Assembly: GCA_031409335.1 (NCBI GenBank)
Contig: JANNWY010000295.1
Coordinates: 1 to 47,360, forward strand
DNA: 47,360 bases
Origin: Chthoniobacteraceae bacterium
Lineage (GTDB): Bacteria > Verrucomicrobiota > Verrucomicrobiia > Chthoniobacterales > Chthoniobacteraceae
Direction of reading: 5' to 3'
The translations under genes and the position numbers were made by a program. Positions 27,293-39,700 of the stretch are shown here, one piece after another. The notes under the pieces are model-generated. The model saw nothing but the letters and a program-made list of their open reading frames with translations, ran no database searches and was not told the DNA's origin. The first letter of the stretch is position 1, and each line of letters begins with the position of its first letter.

Positions 27293-27766
27293 TTAAAACT
27301 GCGTCTGCACCTTCCGAATCAAGCACACGCCTTCCCGCGCGAGCAGGTCGCACTTCGCCTCGATGCGCACGGTCTTGCGCTCCGGGGTAAAGCCGAGCCG
27401 CTTGCTGATGCAGGTCTCCAGCGTGTCGATATGGACGTCCTCGAACTCGACGATCTTGCTGCAATCGGTGCAGATGAGGTGGTTGTGATTCGGGTGATCG
27501 ACGTAGTTCGGGTCGTAAAATTTGTAGTCCTTCCCGAAGTCCATTTCCTTCAGCGCGCCGCTTTCGACGAGCAGCGGCAGCGTGCGATAGACGGTCGCGC
27601 GGGAGACATCGGGATCGAGCCGGCGGGCCATGAGCAGGAGTTCCTCGGCGGTGTAGTGCTCGGTGGTGCTGAAGGCGGCTTCGATGATGGCATCGCGCTG
27701 CGTCGTCTTGCGGAGATTTTTACTCGCGATGAAATGATAGATGCGTTGCCGGAGCGCGGGGTCCAT
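27293..27766 (-). CDS. Fur-family transcriptional regulator
   Basis: LRKTTQR, HYTAEEL, SRATVYRTL, HNHLICTDCSKIVEF. Confidence 0.93.
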   Translation of the reverse strand: MDPALRQRIYHFIASKNLRKTTQRDAIIEAAFSTTEHYTAEELLLMARRLDPDVSRATVYRTLPLLVESGALKEMDFGKDYKFYDPNYVDHPNHNHLICTDCSKIVEFEDVHIDTLETCISKRLGFTPERKTVRIEAKCDLLAREGVCLIRKVQTQF

Positions 27767-27826
27767 GCGGCGAGGATAGGAAAGCGGGCGGGGGAGTCAA
27801 ACCCTCGGCATCCGTCGTCCGCCCAC

Positions 27827-30202
27827 TTATTTAGCGACCTGCGGCTCGCGGAGGAAAAGAGCGACGGCTGCACGCGGATCCCGGTTGATCACGTGAATGC
27901 GCGCCGCTTTTCGGACGAACCAATCGGGCGGCGTGGGACGCGCGGCGACCTTGAGGATGATCTCATTCGCCCGCTCGATGTCGCCGGCTTGCAGGAGGTG
28001 TCGGGCGAAATCCCGGGCGTTCACGACGTCGCTCGGATCGCTGTCCCATCGCGACGCAAGCAGACCTGCATTTTCACTTGTGGTGGCCGCGCGATCGGCC
28101 GGTTCCGGCCACTCTTTCTCAAGGATATCCCAGGCCGCGTCGTCTTCCGTCCACTTGTGCAAAAACTCGACCCACGTTTTGAAATCGCGGGCACGCCGTT
28201 CGGGATGATTCCGGATAAATTGCTGGAATTGCTCGTGGCTGCCGCGCTGCTCGACCAGCGAGTAGTATGCGCCCACCTCGGCATCCGCGAGATCGACGGA
28301 CTGCGATGCGCGCTCGTTCCACCAAAGCGCGAGGGCCTCGCGTGAGGCCGCCTCGGGGACATTGCGCGCGTAGGTGAGGAGGAATTCCGGATGCAAGCGG
28401 GCATACTGCTCCCAAGTCGGAGTGGCACCGCGCAGGCCGCGCGTCTCATCCATCGCGATGCCGAATACCTCCTCCGCCCGGTGTCCGGCGCGCTCGATGG
28501 CGATCTGCCAGTAGTGCAGCGAAATGCCGGGCGCCACGCTCTTGGACGCGCGCGCCTGGAGCGCCGCGAGTTCCCACGAGCCCGGCATGAGCCGCGCGGC
28601 GATGCGGAAATGCTGCTGCCACTCGGCGGCGCGGCGGCCCAGCGGATCGTCGATCTGATGCAGCGCGATCGAATAACGCAGCGTCGGATTCAACGGAAAA
28701 TAGTGGAGCGAACGCTCGAGTTCGCGGACGGAGACAAACGGCGTCGTCTGCTCGCGGGCGAGCAGGCGCGCGAGCGAAATCGGCGACCACGCCGGCGCAT
28801 CGCTGAGGAAAGGAAGCGTCCAAAAACAGGCGATGGCAGCCGGCACGAGGGCGGCCTTGCGCGTGGCGGGGAGGATCCCCGCGAGGGTGCCGGGCGAGCA
28901 GGCGATGGCGAGCGCGGCGAGGCCGAAACCCGCCGTGGCCCAGCGATGCGCGGGCACATCGATCAGCGAGTGAAGGAGGAGCGCCGCGGCAGCCGCGAAC
29001 GGCCCGGCTCGCACGAACACGCTGCGATTTGCCGAGACGGCGGTGCGGACGCGCGGAGCGACGTAAATCGCCAGGGCGATCGCGCCGAAGAGCACCGGAA
29101 GCGCGCCCAGTTCCACCAGCCATTGCAGCCAACTGCTCTCGGGATGCAGCACGATCGCCTCGCCGGTCGCGACTTCCTGGTACATCGGAAAGATCTGCGT
29201 GAATGAGCCCATCCCGTGGCCGAAAATCGGCGCGTCCTTCCAGACCCGCAACGTGTCCTGCCAGATGGGAACGCGCATGTCGCCCGATACTGCGCCGCTC
29301 CCTTTCGAGGTGAATCTCGCGATCACCTGTGAGCCAAATGCAAAACTGATCGCGAGCATCACCAGCAATCCGCCGGCAGCGGCGCTGAGCGTGCGCACGG
29401 ACGGAAAACGCACCACCACCAGCGCGAGGAAAACGCCAAGCCCCAGGACGAGACAGACGACGCCGCCGCGGGATTCCGTGGCGAGCAATCCGGCGAAGGA
29501 AATGCTCGAAAGCACGACCGCGGTGCCGAGCAGCCGGAAATACCGCCGGCTGCCAGCCCAGCCGATGCAACTGGCACCGAGCAGCACGCCCATCGCGAGA
29601 AAGCTGGCGGTGTGATTGCGATTGGGAAAAGGGCCGAAGCCCTTCCAGCCCGGCGTATAGCGCAGGCCGTAGATGGCGTCGGGATCCATGCCGCGCGTGA
29701 GGAATGACACCACCGCCACGATCGCCGCGGATGCGGCCATGCCCCAGATCATCACGACTCTTTGCGAACGCTCCACGGCGAGCGTGCGCGCCCAGAGAAA
29801 CCACACGATCGCGATGATGCCGGTGAGCAAACCGTCGAGCGCGCGCGATGGCTCGGGGTTGTGCGTCCATGGAAAGATCACGCCAAAACTCTGCGCGAGC
29901 GTCTCGCGCCAGTAGGTTTTTCCAAAGATGGCCGCGGGGCCAAATTCCTTGAGCAGCAGGATCGCGACGGCGGCGACGAGCAGCGCGTTGCCGACGCGGC
30001 CGGGCCGGACGACCGACGGTGGCTGCGCCCAGACGCCGATCGCGAACAGCACCAGCAGGCTGATCTGCACGATGCGATCCACCGCGCCAAACGCGAGCGG
30101 CGCGGCGATCGCGAGCAGGATGAAAATGCCGGTTGCCAACGCACCCGGCGTCAGCGTGATGCGCTTCCGTTGCAGCTTGTGTTTTCGCGTCGCTAATTCC
30201 AT
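27827..30202 (-). CDS. O-antigen ligase (Wzy_C/WaaL-like) membrane protein with a C-terminal helical, possibly TPR-like, region
   Basis: Multiple TM helices; GPFPNRNH, TESRGG, R..IW.D......P.FGHG.GSF, HPESSWLQ..ELG, HSLIDVP. Confidence 0.85.
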   Translation of the reverse strand: MELATRKHKLQRKRITLTPGALATGIFILLAIAAPLAFGAVDRIVQISLLVLFAIGVWAQPPSVVRPGRVGNALLVAAVAILLLKEFGPAAIFGKTYWRETLAQSFGVIFPWTHNPEPSRALDGLLTGIIAIVWFLWARTLAVERSQRVVMIWGMAASAAIVAVVSFLTRGMDPDAIYGLRYTPGWKGFGPFPNRNHTASFLAMGVLLGASCIGWAGSRRYFRLLGTAVVLSSISFAGLLATESRGGVVCLVLGLGVFLALVVVRFPSVRTLSAAAGGLLVMLAISFAFGSQVIARFTSKGSGAVSGDMRVPIWQDTLRVWKDAPIFGHGMGSFTQIFPMYQEVATGEAIVLHPESSWLQWLVELGALPVLFGAIALAIYVAPRVRTAVSANRSVFVRAGPFAAAAALLLHSLIDVPAHRWATAGFGLAALAIACSPGTLAGILPATRKAALVPAAIACFWTLPFLSDAPAWSPISLARLLAREQTTPFVSVRELERSLHYFPLNPTLRYSIALHQIDDPLGRRAAEWQQHFRIAARLMPGSWELAALQARASKSVAPGISLHYWQIAIERAGHRAEEVFGIAMDETRGLRGATPTWEQYARLHPEFLLTYARNVPEAASREALALWWNERASQSVDLADAEVGAYYSLVEQRGSHEQFQQFIRNHPERRARDFKTWVEFLHKWTEDDAAWDILEKEWPEPADRAATTSENAGLLASRWDSDPSDVVNARDFARHLLQAGDIERANEIILKVAARPTPPDWFVRKAARIHVINRDPRAAVALFLREPQVAK

Positions 30203-31548
30203 TTCGCGGCGGCTTTAACATAGACCGGTCGAAAACACTCGGCGATTCTCTGCCACTCGCCGACATTACCGCGATGCTGTGGCGCGTGCAGCGTCCACGG
30301 CGTCGCGCCCTCGTGCATCACATGGACGACGATTTCATTTTCGACTTCGCCTTGATCGACAAATCCGATGCGCCGCAAGGTGTGCTCGAACAGCGCCCAG
30401 AACTCCTGCGCGCTGTGGCAACGGTCCACTTCGAGATCGAGCAGTTGCGCCTGCAATAGCGCGTAGCGCACTTCCCGACGGCGGTCCAAAACGCGAATGA
30501 AACGACGTTTCACATCCTCCCAATTGTGCAGGAAGTGAAAGTAACGCAGGCCAACCACGGCGAGGACAAATAGCGCGCCAATGCCAATCGGCAGCGTGCG
30601 GCCCTGGCTCCAGAAAATGCTGAGCCCGATCAGACTCAGCACGAGGCAGACACCGTAAAGCCCGAGCACGATTCGGCGTTTTGAAAAACCGAAGCGCTCG
30701 AGCTTGTGGTGAATGTGCTCGTCGTCCGCGTGGAACAGCGGAAAGCCGCGGACGCCGCGCCGCAGCAGCGCAAATGCGGTGTCGATGATCGGCACGCCGA
30801 GCGCCACGATCGTGACGAGCAGCACGGCGGCGATGGAGCCTTTGTGCGAGCCGACGAGCGACATCGCGGCGACGAAAAACCCGATGAGATACGCGCCGCC
30901 ATCGCCGAGAAAAATTTTTGCCGGGGGAAAATTGAACACGAGAAACCCCAGCAGCGCGCCGGCCATCGTGAAGGAAAACCAGGCGACAGTGAGTTGCTCG
31001 GAAAGCAGGCCGACGATGCCAAGCGTGACGGACATGAACATGCCCAGTCCACCGGCGAGGCCGTCGAATCCATCGATCAGGTTGACGATGTTTGGCACGG
31101 TGATGAGCCAGAAAACCGTCGCGAGATAGCCGACGATCGCGCCGAGATTCACGCTCCACGCGCCGCCAGGATACGTGACGCGGTCGATGCTCAGGCCGAG
31201 GCCCCAAGCGAGCGTTGCGATGGCGATGTGTGCCACCAGTTTTTTCTTCGCGCCGAGCGGTTTGAAATCATCCCAAAGCCCGAGGAAAAACATCAGGCCG
31301 CATCCCGAGAAAACCGGCAGCCACTGCAGTTTGCGATCGCGGTCGATGTAAAGAATGACGAGCGCGCCGATCATCAGCGTGATCACGATCGGCAGGCCGC
31401 CGAGACGCGGAATCGGCTGGCTGTGTTTTTTTCTGCTCTCGTTCGGCTTGTCGAGGCCGTAGCCCATTTTGCCAAACCGGATGGCCTGCGGCGTGAGAGC
31501 CAGCGAGATGAAAAACGCGCAAACGAAAAAGCAAACCGCGTAGATCAT
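30193..31548 (-). CDS. Undecaprenyl-phosphate sugar-1-phosphate transferase, MraY/WecA (Glycos_transf_4) family
   Basis: KKH..PIPRLGG, GLWDD, NIVNLIDGFDGLAGG, FNFPPAKIFLGDGGA, HIHHKL. Confidence 0.92.
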   Translation of the reverse strand: MIYAVCFFVCAFFISLALTPQAIRFGKMGYGLDKPNESRKKHSQPIPRLGGLPIVITLMIGALVILYIDRDRKLQWLPVFSGCGLMFFLGLWDDFKPLGAKKKLVAHIAIATLAWGLGLSIDRVTYPGGAWSVNLGAIVGYLATVFWLITVPNIVNLIDGFDGLAGGLGMFMSVTLGIVGLLSEQLTVAWFSFTMAGALLGFLVFNFPPAKIFLGDGGAYLIGFFVAAMSLVGSHKGSIAAVLLVTIVALGVPIIDTAFALLRRGVRGFPLFHADDEHIHHKLERFGFSKRRIVLGLYGVCLVLSLIGLSIFWSQGRTLPIGIGALFVLAVVGLRYFHFLHNWEDVKRRFIRVLDRRREVRYALLQAQLLDLEVDRCHSAQEFWALFEHTLRRIGFVDQGEVENEIVVHVMHEGATPWTLHAPQHRGNVGEWQRIAECFRPVYVKAAAKWN

Positions 31549-31696
31549 TTTACAAATCGCCCCGCAAGCCCGCGCCACCGGATCGTGGAGCGGCAATGGG
31601 TGGGCAATAGCCGACGCGAAACTGGATGCATGTTCTCAGAGGACACGAAATTGACAGAGCAGTTCCCATGACACAAGGCGTGGCGCAGAGCGTTCG

Positions 31697-32788
31697 TCAT
31701 CGTCCGATCAAGCGCAGCAGTTCGCGCCACGAATTCAGCGCCGACTCCCGCGCCGCGCGGGGATCTGTCAGCGCGTCCGCTGCGATCGGATTCGGACGGG
31801 TTTTTTTCTCCAGCAACCAGCTTGCGACCGCCGCAGCATCGCCGGATTGAAACACGCCAGCGTGGGGGACTCCGCGCAATTCCCTGGTGATCGCGCCATC
31901 TGCGGGGCCAATCCACAAGAGCGGGCGCGGCAAGGTGCGGACGAGACCGAGTTTGCTCGGCCACAGGCAGCCGCGCGTGGCGGGGATTTGTGTGACCGCG
32001 CACACCTGCGCGCGCAGCAGCGAAGCGATCAATTCGGCTTCATCGACGTAGGGCTGCCAGTCGCAGCGCTTCAATCCGAGTTGCATCGCGCGCTCTTTTG
32101 CGATCGGCCATGCCGGCCCGCCGCCTTGAAAAAGCAGCCGCACTTCTGCATCCCGCTGCTCGATGATCGCCTGCGCCGCCAGCAGCGTCTCCCACTCGTG
32201 CGCGCGCCCGAGATTTCCCGAGTAAATCCACGTCCATGGCGCACTCGGCCCGATCGCCGGGACAGGCCGCGCGAGCACCGATGCAAACAGCCACGGCCGC
32301 ACGATCGCGGGCTCCACGCCATACTTTCGCAAGCGCAACGCCATGTCTTCGTCGAGCACGACGATCTGCGCCGCGCGCCGATACGTCCAGCCCATCGCGC
32401 GCGTCACATTTCGCGACAGCGCGCCTTCGGAAATCTCATCCAACTCGACCGCGATCTCGGGATACAAATCCATGATCCAATGCACCGCCGCCGCGCGGTG
32501 CCAGAGTGCGACCAAGCCGGCGACGAACGAAAGACACGGCGGCGAAGAAGCCGCGATCACCACATCGGCCCGCGGCCTCCGCATCCCCGCGAGCAGCATT
32601 CTAAATAGAGCGGTCATTTCGCGTCGCGTGCGTCCGCCCTGTTTCTGAGCGCCACGATATTCCGCCCGCGCGGCGACGAAATCGACCGAGTGCCCGCGCG
32701 CCGCCAGATCATCCGCCAGCTCGCGCAGCAGGATGCCCGTCGGTGCAGGATCGGGCGGGAAGTATTGGTTTAGGAAAAGGACGCGCAT
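31697..32788 (-). CDS. Glycosyltransferase family 4 (WcaI-like)
   Basis: MRVLFLNQYFPPDPAPTG, WIMDLYPE, YSGNLGRAH, PSKL. Confidence 0.88.
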   Translation of the reverse strand: MRVLFLNQYFPPDPAPTGILLRELADDLAARGHSVDFVAARAEYRGAQKQGGRTRREMTALFRMLLAGMRRPRADVVIAASSPPCLSFVAGLVALWHRAAAVHWIMDLYPEIAVELDEISEGALSRNVTRAMGWTYRRAAQIVVLDEDMALRLRKYGVEPAIVRPWLFASVLARPVPAIGPSAPWTWIYSGNLGRAHEWETLLAAQAIIEQRDAEVRLLFQGGGPAWPIAKERAMQLGLKRCDWQPYVDEAELIASLLRAQVCAVTQIPATRGCLWPSKLGLVRTLPRPLLWIGPADGAITRELRGVPHAGVFQSGDAAAVASWLLEKKTRPNPIAADALTDPRAARESALNSWRELLRLIGR

Positions 32789-32806
32789 CGACCAGCGGAA
32801 AAAAGG

Positions 32807-33428
<622 letters not shown>

Positions 33429-33436
33429 CTTTCCGC

Positions 33437-33477
<41 letters not shown>

Positions 33478-33745
33478 GCCTTTCCCCGGCATAACGTCTG
33501 CTTTTTCGTTGCTGCGATGATACGAACATGACTCGATTGCTTGCGACGATTTAGATAGAAACATCGCTGCCGTCCCACACGCGAGCATTTCCAATGCGCG
33601 CAAAGCGAGGACATTGATTCATGACCCACGGCTCTCAAATTCATTCCGCGAACCGACCGCAAACCGCGGACGCATTTCAGGGGAATGCCGTGTCTGAAAA
33701 TCCTGTCATTTCGAGCGCGGCATCCGTTGCGAGGTTACTGTTTTA

Positions 33746-36700
33746 ATGTCGTTGCTGGCCCGAATCTTTTCGCAGTCGCCCAACTCGCTCGCCATTACGT
33801 GCGGCAACGAATCTCTGACGTACGGAGAACTCGACCGTCGCTCGAAAAGCCTCGCGCAACGCATCGCGCCGAATCAGCGCATCGCCCTCCGCGCGACTCG
33901 CTCTGCCGACACGATCGTCAACATTCTTGCAACCCTTCGCGGCGGCGCTGCGTACGTCCCGTTCGATCCCGAATATCCCGCCGACCTGCTCGCGTTCATT
34001 TCCGCGGATTGCGCGGCGAAAGAACTCCCGACTGACACCGCGCCGGTCATTTCTTCCAAGGAGCCAGCGATCACCCCGGATGACCTCGCCTACATCATCT
34101 ACACGTCCGGCTCCACTGGCCGTCCGAAAGGCGTGCTCATCTCGCACGCCAATCTCGCCCACTCCACCAACGCCCGGCTCGCCTTTTACGAAAACCCGCC
34201 CACGCGTTTTCTCCTGCTCTCCTCGTTCGCTTTCGATAGTTCCGTTGCCGGGATTTTCTGGACGCTCGCCAGCGGCGGCGCGCTCGTCATTCCCGAGTCC
34301 GGCGAAGAGCGCGACCCATCCGCCATCGCCGCGCTTATCGCGAAGCACCGCATCACGCACACGCTCTGCCTGCCCGCGCTCCACGCCTTGCTGTTAGAAA
34401 CGGCGGCGGATTTGCGCTCGCTCGAAACCGTCATCGTCGCCGGCGAAAACTGCCCGCCCGATCTGCCCGGCGCGCATTTCCAGCGCATCCCGCAAGCGCG
34501 ACTCTTCAACGAATACGGCCCGACCGAGGCCACCGTCTGGAGCACCGTCGCCGAACTCACCGCGCACGCGCCGATAACCATCGGCCAGGCAATCCCCGGT
34601 ACCACCGTCCAACTTCTCGAAAGCGGCGAAATCCTCATCGGCGGCCCCGGCGTCGCACTCGGCTATCTCAATCAGCCCGAGATCACCGCCGAGAAATTCA
34701 CCACATTCCCGGCCGGCGAACGCCTCTACAAAACCGGCGACCTCGCCCGCCGACTCCCGAACGGCGACCTCGAATTCCTCGGCCGCTCCGATCGCCAGGT
34801 CAAAATCCGCGGCCACCGCATCGAACTCGACGCCATCGAAGCCGTCCTCCTTTCCCATCCCCAAATCTCCACCGCAGCCGTCATCGCCCACGAAGGCCGA
34901 TTAGTCGCCTACGTCCCCTCCGTCCCATCCGACCTGCGCCAGTTTTTGGCTGAAAAGCTACCGCCGTCGATGCAGCCCGGCACCGTCGTAAAACTTACAA
35001 CTTTACCCCTCGCGCCAAACGGCAAAATCGACCGCGCTGCCCTCCCAAAACCCGACCGCACCCGCCCCGATCTCGACACCGAATTCGCCGCACCGCGCAC
35101 CCCGCTAGAAAATTTCCTGGTCGAAGAATGGCGCGGGTCGCTCGCCCTCGACCGCGTCGGCATCCACGACAAATTCTTCGACCTCGGCGGCGACTCGCTC
35201 CGCGCCGCCACGCTCGCCAACCGGCTCCAGCAAAAGCTCGGCGAGCCCGTCTTCGTCACCGCCCTCTTCACCGCGCCGACCATCGCGCAGCTCGCTGTAT
35301 TCCTGGAAAAAAACTATTCCGCGGCAGTGGCGCGCGCCTTCGCAAGTAGCGCAGGCGCCCCGCCTGCGAAAAGTCCGGCGGGCGCCCCGCCCGCCGACCG
35401 TCTCCGCGCGCTCCTCCCAAAAAGCACAGCGCCCCATCGCCCATCGCGCAAAAACCCGCGCGCCATCTTCATCCTCGCCCCCCCGCGCTCCGGCACCACG
35501 CTCCTGCGCGCGATGCTCGCGCAACATCCCGCGCTCTTCACTGCGTCCGAGCTGCGCCTGCTCGGCTTCGACACCGTCGCCGAACGCCGCGCCGCCTACT
35601 CCGGTCCGCAAAGCATCTGGCATCGCGGCATCATCCGCGCGCTCGCCGAAAGCAAACACGGCGACGAAGCCGAAGCCGCGCAGATCGTCGAAGAGTGCGA
35701 GCAGGAAAATCTCTCCACCGCCGAGTTCTTCACGCTGCTCCAGCAATCCATCGCCCCGCGCACCCTCGTCGATAAATCGCCGAGCTACGCGCTCGACCCC
35801 GCCGCGCTGCGCCACGCCGAGGAGATTTTCGAGAACGCCTTTTACATCCACCTCACGCGCCATCCCGCCGAGATGATCCGCTCCTTCGCCGAGCGGCGCA
35901 TGGACCAGGTTTATCTTCCCGCAAATGATCTCACCCCGCGCGAAGCCGCCGAAGCCGTCTGGCAAATCGCGCACGAAAACATCCTCGATTTCCTCGCGAA
36001 CATTCCTGCCGAGCGACAGGCGCACCTTCGTTTCGCCGACCTCGTCTCGCAGCCCCGCGCGGAAATGGAAAAGCTCTGCGCCGCGCTCGGGATTCCCTTC
36101 GATCCAGCGGTGCTCGACCCTTACAAAAAGGCACCCGCGCCCGACGCCGACAGTTTCGACGACCCGTATTTTCTCGAACGCCGCGCCATCGACTCCACCG
36201 CGGCATCCGCCAGCGCCGCGGACGATTCATTATCCGAAGAGACCCGCGCGCTCGCCGCGCAACTTGGCTACACCACCCCGCCCACTGCGGGCGGGGCGCC
36301 CGCGGGACGGCCGACAGCCGGGGCGGCTGCGCTACTTCCCGAGCCCATCGCCATCGTCGGCCTCGCCGGACGCTTCCCTGGCGCGAGCGACATCGAGTCC
36401 TTCTGGAAAAATCTTTGCACCGGCACCGAGTCCATCCGCCCGTTCACCGACGACGAACTGCGCGCGAGCGGCCTCGACCCCGCGATCGTCGCGCAGCCCG
36501 ATTACGTCAACGCCGGCGCGGTCCCCGAAAACGCCGACCAATTCGCTGCCGCATTTTTCGGCTACACCCCGCGCGAAGCCGAACTCATGGACCCGCAGCA
36601 GCGCCTCTTCCTCGAATGCGCGTGGGAAGCCTTCGAGCACGCGGGCTGCGACGTCTCGCGCTTCCCCGGTGCAGTCGGCGTCTTCGCCGGGCTCGCGCTG

Positions 36701-39700
36701 AATAGTTACTTTCAAAACAACCTCGCCACGCGCCCCGAACTCAAGCCGCTCCTCGGCCACTACTCGCTCACGATCGGCAACGAGAAGGATTTCGTCGCCA
36801 CGCGCGTCGCCCACAAACTCGGCCTGCACGGCCCCGCGATCGGCGTGCAAACCGCGTGCTCGTCTTCGCTCGTCGCCGTCCATCTCGCCTGTCAAAGCCT
36901 GCGCCTCCGCGAGATCGACTGCGCCCTCGTCGGCGGCGGCCGCATTCGCGCGCCGCTCCACGCCGGCTACACCTACATCGACGGCGGCATTCCTTCGCCC
37001 GACGGCCATTGCCGCGCCTTCGACGCGCAGGCCCGCGGCTGCGTCGCCGCCAGTGGCATCGCCGCCGTCGTTTTGAAACGCGTCGCCGATGCGCAGCGCG
37101 ACGGCGATCACATTTTCGCAGTCATCAAAGCCACCGCGATCAACAACGACGGCGGCGACAAAGCCGGCTTCACCGCGCCCTCCGTCGCTGGCCAGGCCGA
37201 AGTCATTTCGCGCGCGCACACCGCTGCCGGAATCACTGCCGACAGTATTTCGTATGTTGAAACGCATGGCACCGGCACCAGCCTCGGCGACCCGATCGAA
37301 ATCGCCGCGCTCACCAAAGCCTTCCGCAAAACATCAAGCGCCAACGCCCATTGCCGCATCGGCTCGGTGAAAACAAATATCGGCCACCTCGACGCCGGAG
37401 CCGGAGTCGCCGGCCTCATTAAAACCGCGCTGGCGCTGGATCGCGGCCTCATCCCGCCGAGCCTGCATTTCGAAAAGCCGAACCCACAAATCGACTTCGC
37501 CAACAGCCCGTTCGTCGTCAACGCCGAGCCCGCAAAGTGGCCGCGCACCGCGACCCCGCGCCGCGCCGGAGTCAGCTCTTTCGGAATCGGCGGCACCAAC
37601 GCCCACGCGATCCTCGAAGAAGCACCGCCGGAAAATAGGTCCCATGCGACCGATGCGACCCATGAGTCCCATCTGCTAGTCCTCTCCGCGAAAACCAAAA
37701 CCGCCCTAGCCTGCGCCACCACAAACCTGGCCGCCCATCTCCGCAATCATCCCGGGCTGCCGCTCGCCGACATCGCCTTCACCCTCCAAACCGGACGCCG
37801 CCAATTCGCCCATCGCCGCATCGTCGTCGCCAGCAGCCCGCATGAGGCAATCGAAGCGCTCGAAAAAGCCGACCACGCCATCCTCGGCGAAGCCACTGCC
37901 GAAAACCCGCCGATCGTCTTCATGTTCCCCGGCCAGGGCGCGCAGCATCCTGGCATGGCGCGCGAGCTTTTTGGAAAAGAGCCCGTCTTCCGCGACGCGC
38001 TGAATCGCTGCGCCGAAATTCTCCGCCCGCACCTCGATCTGCTGGATGCGCTCGAAGTAGGGCAGGCGCCCCGCCTGCCAAAAGTCCAGCGGGCGCCCCG
38101 CCTGGCCACTCCGGGCGAGGCGCCCGGGAGACTTTCTGACAGCCGGGGCGGCTGTCCTACTTCCATCGCGCAGCCCGCGATTTTCTCCGTCGAATACGCG
38201 CTCGCCAAACTTTGGGAATCGCGCGGCATCACGCCGTCCGCGCTCCTCGGCCACAGCGTCGGCGAATTCGTCGCCGCCACGCTCGCCGGAGTCTTCACCC
38301 TCGAAGACGCGCTCACCCTTCTCGCGAATCGCGCCAAGCTCATGCAGGCCGTTCCCGCCGGCGCGATGCTCGCCGTGCGCCTCCCCGAAGCCGAACTCCG
38401 CCCGCGCCTCGGCACCCTCATCGAAATCGCCGCGATCAATTCCCCGCGCCTCTGCGTCGTCTCCGGCCCGCCCGAAGCCATCCAGTTTTTCGCCGAGGAA
38501 ATGTCCGCCGAAAACGTCGCCACCGTCTCGTTGCAAACCTCGCACGCGTTCCACTCCGCGATGATGGATCCAGTCATCGCGCCCTTCACCGCGCTGGTAA
38601 AAAGCACGCCGCGTTCGCAGCCGCGCATCCCGCTTTTTTCCACACTCACCGGCGATGCCACCGCCGACTTCACCGCCCCCGAATACTGGCCCCATCAGCT
38701 TCGCCAGCCCGTCCGCTTCGCCAGCGCCGTCGCGAATGTGGAGAAAAATCACATCCTTCTCGAAGTCGGCCCCGGCACCACCCTCGCGCCACTCGCGCGT
38801 CAATCGCGCGGCGGAACCGTCGTCAGTTCGCTGAACACTTCCGGGAGCGATCAAGCCGCGATGCTTGAAGCCATCGGCCGCCTTTGGCTCGCGGGAGTTA
38901 CGATTGATTGGGCCGCGTTGCATTCCGGCGAACGCCGCCAGCGCGTCCCGCTCCCCACGTATCCCTTCGAGCGCGAACGCTACTGGCTGAGTAGTGGCTG
39001 CGGCGCCCCTGCCGCAGACCGTTCCCGCGACGCCCTCGTCGCCGAGGCTCCTGCGACGGTGGCATCGCAGCCACTACCGCTCGCCGACGCCATCAAAACC
39101 GTCCTGCACGAACTCTCCGGCGTCCCCGTCGAGCGCATGGCCGACACCGCCACCTTCCTCGAAATCGGCTTCGACTCCCTTTTCCTCACCCAAGCCATCC
39201 TCGCGCTGCGCAAGCGTTTCGGAGTCACCATCGCCTTCCGCCAGCTCTTCGAGGAACTCGCCACCATCCAGTCACTAGCCGCGTTCATCAGTGGGGCAAG
39301 CGCCCCGCCTGCCGACAGTCCCGCGGGTGCCCCGCCCGCAGGACCCGGCGGGCGAGGCGCCCGCCCGACGGACGACAGCCGGGGCGGCTGCCCTACTTTC
39401 GGCCCCTTCCGCCCGGTCAATACCGCCTCCACCGAACTCACCCCGCAGCAGCGCGCCCACCTCGACGCGCTCGCCTCCCGCTCCAGCGCGCGCACTGCCA
39501 AATCCAAAAACCTCGCCCAGCAAAACCGCAAACACTTCGCCGACCCGCGCTCCGTCTCCGGCTTCCGCCCATTTTGGAAAGAGCTGATCTACCCGATCGT
39601 CGCCGAGCGTTCCGCGGGCGCAAAACTCTGGGACATCGACGGCCACGAATACATCGACTTCACGATGGGCTACGGCACGAATCTGCTCGGCCATTCCCCG

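Noticed and set aside
31651..31656. TTGACA hexamer between the GT and wecA-like genes
   Set aside because: It is on the strand opposite the flanking genes and has no convincing -10 element.
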